A stretch of 64,000 bases of DNA from an uncultured Alphaproteobacteria bacterium (GCA_964276015.1 CAXYDO010000001.1:74627-138626); one strand, 5' to 3'. Positions 51,683 to 60,788 are shown, counted from the first letter of the stretch. Notes: generated by a model from the sequence alone, not told the origin. Numbers and translations are program-made.

Positions 51683-52407
51683 TCACGACACGATCGCCTC
51701 GGCGTCCACGACCACCAGGTCGAGTTTCGCCCCGACCCCATCGACCTGTCGGGCGCGCTGGCGCTCATAGACATGGTGCGGCTGAAACCCCTGCGCGTGG
51801 GCCAGATCGTAGATCGCCGCCAAGGTGATGGCCCGGGCGTTCTCAAATTTGGAATGCTTTTCCAGCTTGGCGGCGAGATTAACCGTGTCCCGATCACCGT
51901 GTATTCCAGTCGCGCATCATCTCCGACCGCGGCAAAGATCAGGTGCCCGGATGCCGCCGACGCGTTGACCGTAAGACTTAACTCACCGCCCTTTACCCGT
52001 TGTGCGTTCCAGTCATCCATAGACCCGATCGCGCTTTCGATAGCCCGCATGCCATCCCGGGCGTAGGTCTGGCTCGGCACCGCCGTCCCGAACGTCGCCA
52101 TAACGCCAACCCCCAAGAACTTGTCGATCACACCGTTGTTCTTTTGCACCACCGGCACGATCCGTGATTGATACTCGGAAAGCAGGCGCACCAGGCCCGC
52201 GGTGTCGAGACGATCGGACAGGGCGGTAAACCCGCGAATGTCAAAGAACACCACGGCGGCGTCACGCGGCTGGCCCTCCCCCGGATGGAGCTCGTGGTCA
52301 CCACCAATGATGTGTTCAGCGACATAGCTGTCGAAGAACCGGGATAGGTTGCGCTTTGCCGAGCCCTCGGAAGTCGCCGTCAGCAGCACGCCCCGGGCCC
52401 GCACCAC
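51683..52407 (-). pseudogene. Class III adenylate/guanylate cyclase domain protein with a -1 frameshift near 51890
   Basis: Cyclase homology domain (VVFFDIRGFTALSDRLD...EYTVIG). After EYTVIG the current frame reads junk. The conserved continuation DTVNLAAKLEKHSKFENARAITLAAIYDLAHAQGF... is in the adjacent frame up to a TGA at about 51683. The break is consistent with one missing G/C in the CCC run at 51890-51892. Confidence 0.65.
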
Positions 52408-52571
52408 CGCGGACGATCGAAGCGAGAAGGGTGAAAATGAACGAGGCGTCCCAATGTAGCCTGCGATACCGCCGGCTGGATCAAGTGGTACAACGGATAT
52501 AGGGAAGCCAAAGCGCGGCTGCCGTTCAAAGCCGTGTGATCGCCCTGTGTGCGCCGATTAAATAACCGGTG

Positions 52572-53405
52572 TCAAAGCGTCAGGGTCAGACCTTCGCGCG
52601 CCACAATCGTATCTTTGTATCGGTCCTGCGCTGCGCGCTCGATCCCCGCCATGGTGTTATCATCGTGGGACGGATGATGGTGGAACGGCACATAGGTTCC
52701 GACCTGAGCGATCTCGGCCAGGGCAGCGCCTTCTTCCCAGGTTGAATGGCCCCAGCCACGATGGGCCGGATACTCGGCTTCGGTGTAGGTTGTGTCATAG
52801 ATAAACACATCCGCACCATCGATCAGCGCGAGGATGTTTTCGTCTTGGGACCCTTCGACATGCTCGGTATCGGTGATGTAGCAAATCGAGTGGCCGTCAT
52901 ATTCAATCCGATAGCCGGTCGCGCCATTGGGATGGTTCAGCGGGCAAGTCCGTACTTCCGCACCGCAGCTCAGTGAGAATGTGTCGCCGGCCCTAAAATC
53001 ATTGAACGTCTTTGCCGCCGACATCACTCCCATGGGGACCGGGAAGAGCGGCGCGACCATGATCGCGCAAAGGATTTCCTCGAGCGTGTGGGCGGGCTGC
53101 AAATGGCCCGCCCACATACGCAGACTACTGCCCTCTGCATAGGCTGGTCCGAAAAACGGCATGCCAACAATATGATCGAGATGGGTGTGGCTAAACAGCA
53201 GGTCGGCATCCACCGGCGCGCCGCGCTCAAATGAATTACTCAACGGGCGAATACCGGTTCCCGCATCAAGAATGATCCGGCCGTCACCGCAAAGAACTTC
53301 GATACAAGACGTGTTGCCGCCGAATTGTGCGGTCTCGGGACCCGGGCACGCGATAGATCCACGCACGCCCCAGAACCGGACGGTTACGTCATCTGTATCA
53401 GTCAT
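52572..53405 (-). CDS. MBL-fold metallo-hydrolase
   Basis: HTHLDHIVG metal-binding motif; 277 aa. Confidence 0.8.
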   Translation of the reverse strand: MTDTDDVTVRFWGVRGSIACPGPETAQFGGNTSCIEVLCGDGRIILDAGTGIRPLSNSFERGAPVDADLLFSHTHLDHIVGMPFFGPAYAEGSSLRMWAGHLQPAHTLEEILCAIMVAPLFPVPMGVMSAAKTFNDFRAGDTFSLSCGAEVRTCPLNHPNGATGYRIEYDGHSICYITDTEHVEGSQDENILALIDGADVFIYDTTYTEAEYPAHRGWGHSTWEEGAALAEIAQVGTYVPFHHHPSHDDNTMAGIERAAQDRYKDTIVAREGLTLTL

Positions 53406-53618
53406 GTCAGGTCATCCGCACACGCATGGATCGCTGTCCGTCGCGTGTGGTCATGGGCAAGAGAAATTTCATAGCCAACAAGGTGCCATGAACGGATGGG
53501 TGACCGAAAGTGCCAGTCTGATATAGTTTTTCACCGAACTCAAGTCAGCCCAGGCCGGGCTTGTTTCGCGGGAACCCACACGACATGATCCGCGGCTTGC
53601 CAAGTATCGGATGTTGTT

Positions 53619-54866
53619 ATGTCTAACCCCGCCACACAAACCACAGAGACCAACTGGACCGGCGTGTCCTACGGGATCGTCCTTGGTTTCGTCGCCGCCT
53701 ATTTCCAGTTCAAGGTGCCCCCGGTTCTGCCGGTGCTGATCGATCTCTACGGCTACGAAAAAATCGTCGCCGGCAGCATGATGTCGATCTTTGCCGCAGC
53801 CGGGATGCTGGCCAGCGTCCGGATCGGACGCGGCATCAGGCGCGAAGGGGCGATCCGCTACCTGGTGGGCGCCTTCGCGCTAATGCTGATCGGCACCACG
53901 CTCGGCCTGCTCGAACCCGAGAACGTCACAATAATGCTGATCTCGCGGGCGATCGAAGGGCTCGGTGCCGCTGTTCTGGCTGTTTGTATGCCGGCCTTTG
54001 CCAATATGAGCGCCGGCCCGCGCCACCTGCCGGTTGTCATCGCCGCCCAGGCCACATGGATCCCGATCGGGCAACTCGTCGCAAACCTGGTCGCCCAGCC
54101 CGCCGTCGCCCAGTCCCTATGGCAGCCTGTCTGGTGGTTTGGTGCCGCAGCCACTGTGGTGATTGCCCTGTGGACCTGGCACATCCTGGCCCGTGGCAAG
54201 GTTTCAGGAATGGCGTACCGATCGGCGGCAACCCAGGCGGAAAACGCTGTCGCCGCCAGCGAGCCTCTGACAAAGCCGGAAACCCAGGCACTCTGGCTTG
54301 CGGCGAGTCTATTTTTCCTGTGGCAGGCCCAATTCATGGGCTACTTCACCTGGTTCAACGTCTATCTAGTTGATGTTTTCACCGTTCCGGCCGATGACGC
54401 GGTCGCGATCAATCAGATTCCAGTGGTGGTGTTGCTTATTTTCGCGCTGATCGGCGGGTTTCTTTTGAAAACCGGCCTTGGCGTGATCCGCCTGTTGACC
54501 CTCGCTTTAGCTTTGCAAACCCTGGGATGGTTGATGATCCCGTTTGCCGGCAATCTCTGGATCGGCCTTGGCAGCCTCGTCATCTGGGGTGTTGCCGGCG
54601 GGCTTACCCCCACATCCCTGTGGGCGCTGCCCTCGACCTTATTGGGGGGTCATCGCGCAGGAACCGAAGCATTTGCCGTGGTTTTGACCGGGCGCTACCT
54701 GGGCATCCTCGCCGGACCGCTGATTGCATCAGGGGTCTTCCTGCTGACCGGGTCCTGGAGCACCGCGCCGCTTGTGTTTGCAGCCATGGCGGTGACCACG
54801 ATCATCGGGACACTGATACTGGGAGTGCAAATGCGAAAATTGCACGCCGCGCGGCCGGCCGATTAA
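53619..54866 (+). CDS. MFS transporter
   Basis: 415 aa and 12 predicted TM helices, with an MFS-like motif A in loop 2-3 (GRGIRREG-like positive cluster). Confidence 0.75.
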   Translation: MSNPATQTTETNWTGVSYGIVLGFVAAYFQFKVPPVLPVLIDLYGYEKIVAGSMMSIFAAAGMLASVRIGRGIRREGAIRYLVGAFALMLIGTTLGLLEPENVTIMLISRAIEGLGAAVLAVCMPAFANMSAGPRHLPVVIAAQATWIPIGQLVANLVAQPAVAQSLWQPVWWFGAAATVVIALWTWHILARGKVSGMAYRSAATQAENAVAASEPLTKPETQALWLAASLFFLWQAQFMGYFTWFNVYLVDVFTVPADDAVAINQIPVVVLLIFALIGGFLLKTGLGVIRLLTLALALQTLGWLMIPFAGNLWIGLGSLVIWGVAGGLTPTSLWALPSTLLGGHRAGTEAFAVVLTGRYLGILAGPLIASGVFLLTGSWSTAPLVFAAMAVTTIIGTLILGVQMRKLHAARPAD

Positions 54867-55570
54867 GGAACGAGTTTGTAGCCGCCCGGCTCGGTCACCA
54901 GAATACGCGCATTAGAGGGGTCCGCCTCGATCTTTTGCCGCAAGCGGTAGACATGGGTTTCCAGGGTGTGGGTCGTGACCCCGACGTTGTACCCCCAGAC
55001 TTCCCCGAGCAGCGTATCGCGACTGACCACTTTATCGCCGGCGCGATACAGGTATTTCAGGATTGCGGTTTCTTTCTCGGTGAGGCGCACCTTGCGTTCG
55101 TCGGCGTCGAGCAGCATTTTCTGCGCCGGCTGGAACGTATAGGGCCCGATCGTGAACACAGCATCTTCGCTTTGCTCGTGCTGACGCAACTGGGCCCGCA
55201 GCCGGGCCAGCAAGACGTTCAGCCGAAACGGCTTGGCGATATAGTCGTTGGCGCCCGCATCCAGACCGAGAATCTGATCTGCATCGGTGTCGTGGCCGGT
55301 CAGCATGATGATCGGCGACTTGACCCCGTTGCGGCGCATCCGGCGACACACCTCGCGCCCGTCCATATCCGGCAGACCCACATCGAGCAGGATCGCGTCG
55401 AAATACTCGGTTTTGATAATTTCCAGGGCGTCTGACGCACTGGCCAATTCCGTGGTCACGAATTCCTCGTGCAGCCGGAGTTGCTCCGACAATGAATCGC
55501 GCAGGGCGTCATTATCATCGATCAGCAAGACCTTCTTTCCCTTTGCTACCTTGGTTTCCGCCACATTCAT
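54863..55570 (-). CDS. OmpR/PhoB-family response regulator (orphan; no adjacent histidine kinase)
   Basis: Receiver domain (KVLLIDDNDALRDSL...DAILLDVGLPDMDG...) and a winged-helix output (TEKETAILKYL...VYRLRQKI). ATG at 55570 with AGGA ten nt upstream. The track start at 55687 adds 39 residues that overlap nothing recognisable. Confidence 0.7.
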   Translation of the reverse strand: MNVAETKVAKGKKVLLIDDNDALRDSLSEQLRLHEEFVTTELASASDALEIIKTEYFDAILLDVGLPDMDGREVCRRMRRNGVKSPIIMLTGHDTDADQILGLDAGANDYIAKPFRLNVLLARLRAQLRQHEQSEDAVFTIGPYTFQPAQKMLLDADERKVRLTEKETAILKYLYRAGDKVVSRDTLLGEVWGYNVGVTTHTLETHVYRLRQKIEADPSNARILVTEPGGYKLVP

Positions 55571-55602
55571 AGCCAATTGTCCTATCGCCATGCCAGCCAT
55601 AT

Positions 55603-55887
55603 CTATGCGCTCACTTCGATGCCGCGCCAGAACGCCACGTGGTCGCAAATATTGTCCGCCGCCGGCTTCGGGTAAGAATAATACCATGCGGCATCGGGGT
55701 TTTCCTTACCGTTTACCTGCACCGTGAAATAATTCGACGTACCCTTCCAGTAACAGCCCGTCGTGGTGGCGCTTTCGGTGAAATACTCACGGTTGAGCAA
55801 GCTTAGGGGAAAATAGATATTTCCCTCGACGGTCTCGAAGCTCTAGCTTTCGGCGAGAACGACGTCGTTCCAGATTGCCTTGGCCAT
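55603..55887 (-). pseudogene. DUF427 domain protein interrupted by an in-frame amber codon at codon 15
   Basis: Reverse-strand reading from the ATG at 55887 gives MAKAIWNDVVLAES*SFETVEGNIYFPLSLLNREYFTES...CYWKG...AAWYY...HVAFWRGIEV. This is a full DUF427 signature with a TAG (plus-strand CTA at 55843-55845) where Asp/Glu is normally found. Confidence 0.65.
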
Positions 55888-55947
55888 GGATATGCCCTCC
55901 TGTTCGCTAAACACGTGGCGATGACGGACGTCAAAACAAGGGGCAGA

Positions 55948-55956
55948 GGGGGGGGG
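55948..55956 (+). repeat. Poly-G tract (G9) in the intergenic region about 125 bp upstream of ribA
   Basis: CAGAGGGGGGGGGTGAC, read directly. Confidence 0.9.
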
Positions 55957-56083
55957 TGACGCGACCTCACATTCGATCACACACAAGCGAGCACAACGCC
56001 AACCCAACGGCGATGACAGCGGTTGCCGCCCCGAACTCCATAGCGCATATTAAGTTTTCTTACGCCCTGTCCGTCCGGTGACC

Positions 56084-57214
56084 ATGAGCCAGCTTCCCAA
56101 TACCCTACAACCCGTCGAACGGGCTATCAGCGATCTCCGCCGCGGTGCCACCATCGTTCTGATGGGCGACAACCACGCCCTTCTGGTGCAGGCCGCCGAA
56201 GGCACAACCACATCGGGCCTGGCGCGGATCTCCGGGCTTTCGAAATCCACGACCGCATTGCTGGTGACCGCCCGCCGGGCGGCAATCCTGGGGCTGGGTG
56301 AAAAATCTGAGGGCGCTGTGCGCTTGTCCCTGTCAGGCGGTGTAACTGCAGATACTGTGCGCATGATGGCCGACCCGGCGGTCCCCCGTTCGGATACGGA
56401 AACCCTGCCGCAACCGATCTCGATATCCCATATCGACCCTGATACGGTACCCGGTGCAGCCGAAATTGGCGCCATTGAGTTGCTCAAGCTGGCCAGCCTG
56501 CTACCCGCCGCGGTGGTGGCAACGATCCCTGTCGAACGCCTCCCGTATTTGTCGTCCTGGGCAGAGAACGAAGCCCTGCTAACGGTCGAGGTTGACCATG
56601 TCCGCAATTATCAGGAAATTGAATCCCGCACCCTGAACCGGGTCGGCGCGGCTCGGGTGCCTCTGGACGTCAGTGACGATGTCGAAATCATCGCGTTCCG
56701 ACCGAGCGACGGTGGGCGAGACCATCTCGCTTTGCTCATCGGCAGCCCCGACATCGACAAACCCGTTCTGGTTAGACTGCACTCCGAGTGTTTCACCGGG
56801 GATTTGCTCGGTAGCTTGCGATGCGATTGCGGCGATCAGCTGCGCGGTGCGATCACCGAGATCGGCACCCAAGGCGGCGGCCTGGTGCTTTATCTAGCTC
56901 AGGAAGGCCGTGGCATTGGCCTGGTCAATAAGCTGCGGGCCTACACCCTTCAAGACAAAGGCTTCGACACGATCGATGCCAATCAGCAACTGGGTTTCGA
57001 CGCCGATGAGCGGCTGTACCGCCCGGCCGCTGAAATTCTCCGCCAGCTCGGGATCGGCAATGTAAGGCTGATGACCAACAATCCGGACAAAGTGGCCGCT
57101 CTGGAGGAATGGGACATCACCGTCAGCGAACGGGTGCCGCACAGTTTCCCCCCCAATGCGCACAATGAATTCTACCTGGCCACAAAGAAAGCCCGTGCGG
57201 GTCATTTGTACTAA
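56084..57214 (+). CDS. ribA: GTP cyclohydrolase II (RibA) with a degenerate DHBP-synthase-like N-terminal domain
   Basis: The C-terminal half has the zinc-binding motif RLHSECFTGDLLGSLRCDCG and the GTP cyclohydrolase II motifs QEGRGIGL...MTNNPDK. The N-terminal ~170 aa lacks the RibB acidic catalytic motif. ATG at 56084; the track GTG is at 56078. Confidence 0.8.
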   Translation: MSQLPNTLQPVERAISDLRRGATIVLMGDNHALLVQAAEGTTTSGLARISGLSKSTTALLVTARRAAILGLGEKSEGAVRLSLSGGVTADTVRMMADPAVPRSDTETLPQPISISHIDPDTVPGAAEIGAIELLKLASLLPAAVVATIPVERLPYLSSWAENEALLTVEVDHVRNYQEIESRTLNRVGAARVPLDVSDDVEIIAFRPSDGGRDHLALLIGSPDIDKPVLVRLHSECFTGDLLGSLRCDCGDQLRGAITEIGTQGGGLVLYLAQEGRGIGLVNKLRAYTLQDKGFDTIDANQQLGFDADERLYRPAAEILRQLGIGNVRLMTNNPDKVAALEEWDITVSERVPHSFPPNAHNEFYLATKKARAGHLY

Positions 57215-57318
57215 GCACCCGGCAGGATTTACCGGATATATTGCTGTCCAGTACAAGTAGTGTTTTGGATCATGCCTGTAAGTCTTTGTTATTTTATCTA
57301 AATATAGATCGGCCGGCG

Positions 57319-57986
57319 ATGCTCACTCAATCGCTGACGGATCCGTTCCATCCCTATCCGGATTCTGCCGATAACACGGCCCCTGGGGCAATAGCAGATG
57401 CAGGCGAGTTCTTTTCCACCCTGCTCGACATCATCAATCCCCTGCAACACATCCCGCTTGTGTCCAAAATTTACCGGGAATGGACCGGAGAAGAGATAAA
57501 CTCAACGGCCCGCATGGTCGGGGGGGGGGGGCGGCGGTTTTTGGTGGCCCTATCGGGTTCGCGGCCGCGACAGCCAATGTCCTACTGGAACAGGCGTCCG
57601 GGGATAACCTTTTGGGCCACGCCGTGACGCTCTTGTCGGATGACGCCAAACCTTCCGGAACGGACCTGGCTGATCCAAATCTCTTCGCTGCGCGGCCCCC
57701 GGAAAAAGTGGCCATACCAGCTGCCGCTGCTGATGCAGATACGACGACTACACTACTCCCGGAAGCCGCTACCGCTGTCTCTCAACCCAAATCTCTCGAA
57801 TGGCTGCCCGACGCATTGAGTCTGGCCCAACAAAACGCAACTGCCCGGGCCGCCGGCAGTCCGATACCGCCGGCAACAGCCCAGCCATGGGTCGCCAAAG
57901 CCATGTTTGATGCTCTCGACAAATACGAAGCACTGGCTCGTGCTCGGAACCTCGCCGATAGCCAAACGCCTGACGACAGGTCGTAG
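57319..57986 (+). pseudogene. Hypothetical Ala/Pro-rich protein whose ORF is split by a G12 homopolymer (candidate phase-variable gene or homopolymer sequencing error)
   Basis: Frame A (ATG 57319 ...STARMVGGGG) and frame C (GGGAAVFGGPIGFAAATANVLL... to the stop at 57986) join into a single 222-aa ORF if the G tract at 57520-57531 is G13 or G10 instead of G12. Confidence 0.5.
57520..57531 (+). repeat. Poly-G tract (G12) inside a coding region
   Basis: GCATGGTC-GGGGGGGGGGGG-CGGCGG, read directly. Confidence 0.95.
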
Positions 57987-58033
57987 CGCGCGTTCTGACC
58001 TGCGCGCCAGCGCATTCGTTTATAGTGCAGACC

Positions 58034-58546
58034 ATGATTATTACTGTGACAGCTCAAAATGGCGGCCCAGTCACCCTCAACGCCAATGACGGGGAATTCC
58101 CCGCGGCGATCGGGCCAGCCGGGATCACAAAGGATAAATACGAGGGCGACGGGGCCACACCGGCAGGCCGGTTTCCGTTTCGGGCCGTCTATTTTCGACC
58201 GGACCGCCTGGCTTCACCGGTTACAGCTCTGCCGGTGTATGCGATTCAGACCAATGACGGCTGGTGCGACGCTCCCGAGGACCCCCTCTACAACCGGGCG
58301 GTCAAGCTGCCCTACCCAAGCTCAGCAGAGGCATTTTGGCGCGATGACGGGGTTTACGACCTGCTTGTGGTTCTGGGACACAATGATAGACCCGTGGTTC
58401 CCGGCGCCGGCAGTGCTATTTTCCTGCATATCGCACGTGCAGATTTCGCGCCTACCCAAGGATGTGTGGCTGTAACGCGGGAGGTCTTGCTTGGTCTGAT
58501 CGAATGCCTGGATGACGAAAGCGTTATCGAGATCAACGCCACCTAG
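58034..58546 (+). CDS. L,D-transpeptidase catalytic-domain family protein (YkuD-like)
   Basis: ...SAIFLHIARADFAPTQGCVAVTREVLLGLIE contains the conserved His and Cys of the YkuD fold. ATG at 58034; the track GTG is at 58025. Confidence 0.6.
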   Translation: MIITVTAQNGGPVTLNANDGEFPAAIGPAGITKDKYEGDGATPAGRFPFRAVYFRPDRLASPVTALPVYAIQTNDGWCDAPEDPLYNRAVKLPYPSSAEAFWRDDGVYDLLVVLGHNDRPVVPGAGSAIFLHIARADFAPTQGCVAVTREVLLGLIECLDDESVIEINAT

Positions 58547-59217
58547 GGCGTGACGGCCCGCGCCCCGAATATTCCGCGCCCGACCCGCACATGGGTCGCG
58601 CCCAATTCGGCGGCCACGTCGTAATCAGCCGACATCCCCATGCTCAGACCCGACAACCCGTTGCGTACGGCAATTTTTCGCAGCAGGGCGAAATGCGGGG
58701 CGACGGGAACATCAACTGGCGGAATGCACATCAGACCCTCAATGGGCAATTCCAGCGCACGACATGTTTGGATAAATTCATCCGCATCACCAGGCAGCAC
58801 ACCGGCCTTCTGGGGCTCTTCGCCCGTGTTGAGCTGGATGAAACAACGCCGGACCAACCCGGCCGCCGCAAAGGCCCGCGCCAGATGCTCCGCCAGTTTG
58901 GGTCGATCGACGGTCTGAATCACATCAAACAACGCCACCGCATCCTTAACTTTGTTGGTCTGCAACGGCCCGACCAGGTGCAATTCCAGCGTGTCGGTGC
59001 TTGCGCGTCGATCAGCCCAATGGTCTTGGGCTTCCTGGACTCGGTTCTCGCCAAATACGCGCTGTCCCGCGGTCAGTGCGGCTGCGATGCGTTCATCGGA
59101 TTGCGTTTTGCTAATCGCGACCAAGGTCACATCATCGGCCTGACGCGCCGCGCGCGCCGCGGCGGCGGTTAAACGATCCTGCACATTGCGAAGGTTCTCC
59201 GCGATTTCCTGTCCCAC
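58543..59217 (-). CDS. yggS: YggS family pyridoxal-phosphate homeostasis protein
   Basis: IAENLRNVQDRLTAAAARA...VTLVAISKT (PLP-binding Lys) ...LHLVGPLQTNKVK. GTG at 59217 with GGAAAG nine nt upstream. Confidence 0.8.
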   Translation of the reverse strand: MGQEIAENLRNVQDRLTAAAARAARQADDVTLVAISKTQSDERIAAALTAGQRVFGENRVQEAQDHWADRRASTDTLELHLVGPLQTNKVKDAVALFDVIQTVDRPKLAEHLARAFAAAGLVRRCFIQLNTGEEPQKAGVLPGDADEFIQTCRALELPIEGLMCIPPVDVPVAPHFALLRKIAVRNGLSGLSMGMSADYDVAAELGATHVRVGRGIFGARAVTP

Positions 59218-59303
59218 ACACACAGCTTTCCACCTGCCAGAGCTTGACGTTGTACTGCTTCATCGCAATGTTCGACGCATCGCAAACATACTATAAACGG
59301 ACC

Positions 59304-60506
59304 ATGACGAACCGGATCGAATCATTCGCGGAACTTATCGCGCCCATCAGCGAAGAGCAGTTCTTTGCCGAGTACCACGACAAGAAGCCGCTGCATATCC
59401 GCGCCCAAACGCCGGACAAGCTCGACGATGTCATGACCTGGGACACGTTAAGTGAAATCCTCAACATGACTGCGATCTGGACCCCGGAAACCCTCAAGCT
59501 GTTTCTCGATACCAAGCCGATCCCGCCGGAGCAGTATTGTCGACAGACCACGGACCGGCACGGCATGCCGAGCCTGCAGCCAGATTCCCGCAAGGTCAAA
59601 AGCTGGCTCCGGCGCGGGGCCTCGATTGTGGCCAATGACATCGACACATTGACCCCAGGCCTGATTGCGGCCGCCAACGCATTGGAGCTTCGCCTGGGCG
59701 GCAAGGCCCAGAGCAATCTTTATTGTTCGTGGAACCAGCATCAGGCCTTTCCGACCCATTTCGATACCCACGAAGTCTTCGCGCTGCACGTCGCCGGCGA
59801 GAAAGTCTGGCGGATTTACGAGGGGCGGCTGGAAAACCCGATCGCCAGTGACGACTTCAAGGCCCTCGACGACGATTTCCATGCGGCCCATCGTGGGGAG
59901 TTACTCGAAGAGGTCACTCTGCAGCCCGGCGATATTCTTTATATCCCCCGGGGCCAATATCACGACGCACTGGCGTCCAGCGACGGCTGCATCCATCTAT
60001 CCTTCGGTATTACGCATATTATCGGCTTCGACTTGATGTCTCTGCTCTTCGAGCGCGCAATGACCGATCCGTTGTTTCGCCGGAACATGCCGCTTGCAGA
60101 CGACGGCGCGGCCCGCGACTGGATCAACACGATGGTCGCCCGCCTGTCTGAAATCGGCCAGAGCGACGATATCTGGGCCGCCATCGAAACCTTTCGCAAA
60201 GGCTTCGAATACCCGCGGGGGGGCTTCAATCTACCCGGCGATGCCTATGAAGAGGACAACTCGGCGCGCTTTGCGGTCACCGCCACGAGCCTGAAGGTGG
60301 TGCGCCACAAGGGCCGGGCGATCCTAGAAAGTGACAAGGGCAAGGTCCCGATTCCCACGGATATCGCCGATCCTGTCGACTGGATAGTGGAAAAAGGGCA
60401 GTTTTCCGGCGATGAACTCGCCGAGAACTTTCCAGACCTGACAGCGGCGGCCCGCTCCAAGCTGATTCAGGATCTGGTGGGCATGCGAGTACTCGCTCCG
60501 CGGTAG
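59304..60506 (+). CDS. JmjC/cupin-4 family 2-oxoglutarate/Fe(II)-dependent oxygenase-like protein
   Basis: HFDTHEVFALHVAGEKVWRIY...ILYIPRGQYHDALASSDGCIHLSFG gives the HxD...H facial triad in a cupin-4/JmjC context. ATG at 59304; the track TTG is at 59244. Confidence 0.65.
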   Translation: MTNRIESFAELIAPISEEQFFAEYHDKKPLHIRAQTPDKLDDVMTWDTLSEILNMTAIWTPETLKLFLDTKPIPPEQYCRQTTDRHGMPSLQPDSRKVKSWLRRGASIVANDIDTLTPGLIAAANALELRLGGKAQSNLYCSWNQHQAFPTHFDTHEVFALHVAGEKVWRIYEGRLENPIASDDFKALDDDFHAAHRGELLEEVTLQPGDILYIPRGQYHDALASSDGCIHLSFGITHIIGFDLMSLLFERAMTDPLFRRNMPLADDGAARDWINTMVARLSEIGQSDDIWAAIETFRKGFEYPRGGFNLPGDAYEEDNSARFAVTATSLKVVRHKGRAILESDKGKVPIPTDIADPVDWIVEKGQFSGDELAENFPDLTAAARSKLIQDLVGMRVLAPR

Positions 60507-60594
60507 GGCCCACATCCTGACCGCTGCTTTCATGAAGAACGATTATGTGGTCCCGGGCTGAGTATTTGCAGCCACTTAGCCGACTGTGCCCAAA

Positions 60595-60610
60595 TTATCA
60601 CATGTGATAA
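60595..60610 (+). promoter_or_regulatory. Perfect 16-bp palindrome TTATCACATGTGATAA in the porin upstream region (candidate operator)
   Basis: Self-complementary, about 180 bp upstream of the porin ATG in an AT-rich leader. Confidence 0.3.
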
Positions 60611-60788
60611 AAAATTGGGCGCGCCCGTCGCAGATTTTATTGCAGACCCGGCATTTCCGGCGCTTTATCGTATTAAGGTTTCGTTACACGGAGTTGGCGT
60701 CCGCGAAAACGCCAGTGTTACGAAGCTGATCGGCCCGTTTAAGGGTCATATCGCGGACGCAAGTCCATGATTATGGAGATTGAAAACT

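Noticed and set aside
55888-56083. A possible FMN riboswitch (RFN element) upstream of ribA
   Set aside because: The leader lacks the conserved RFN core sequences and helices. Only the G9 tract is notable.
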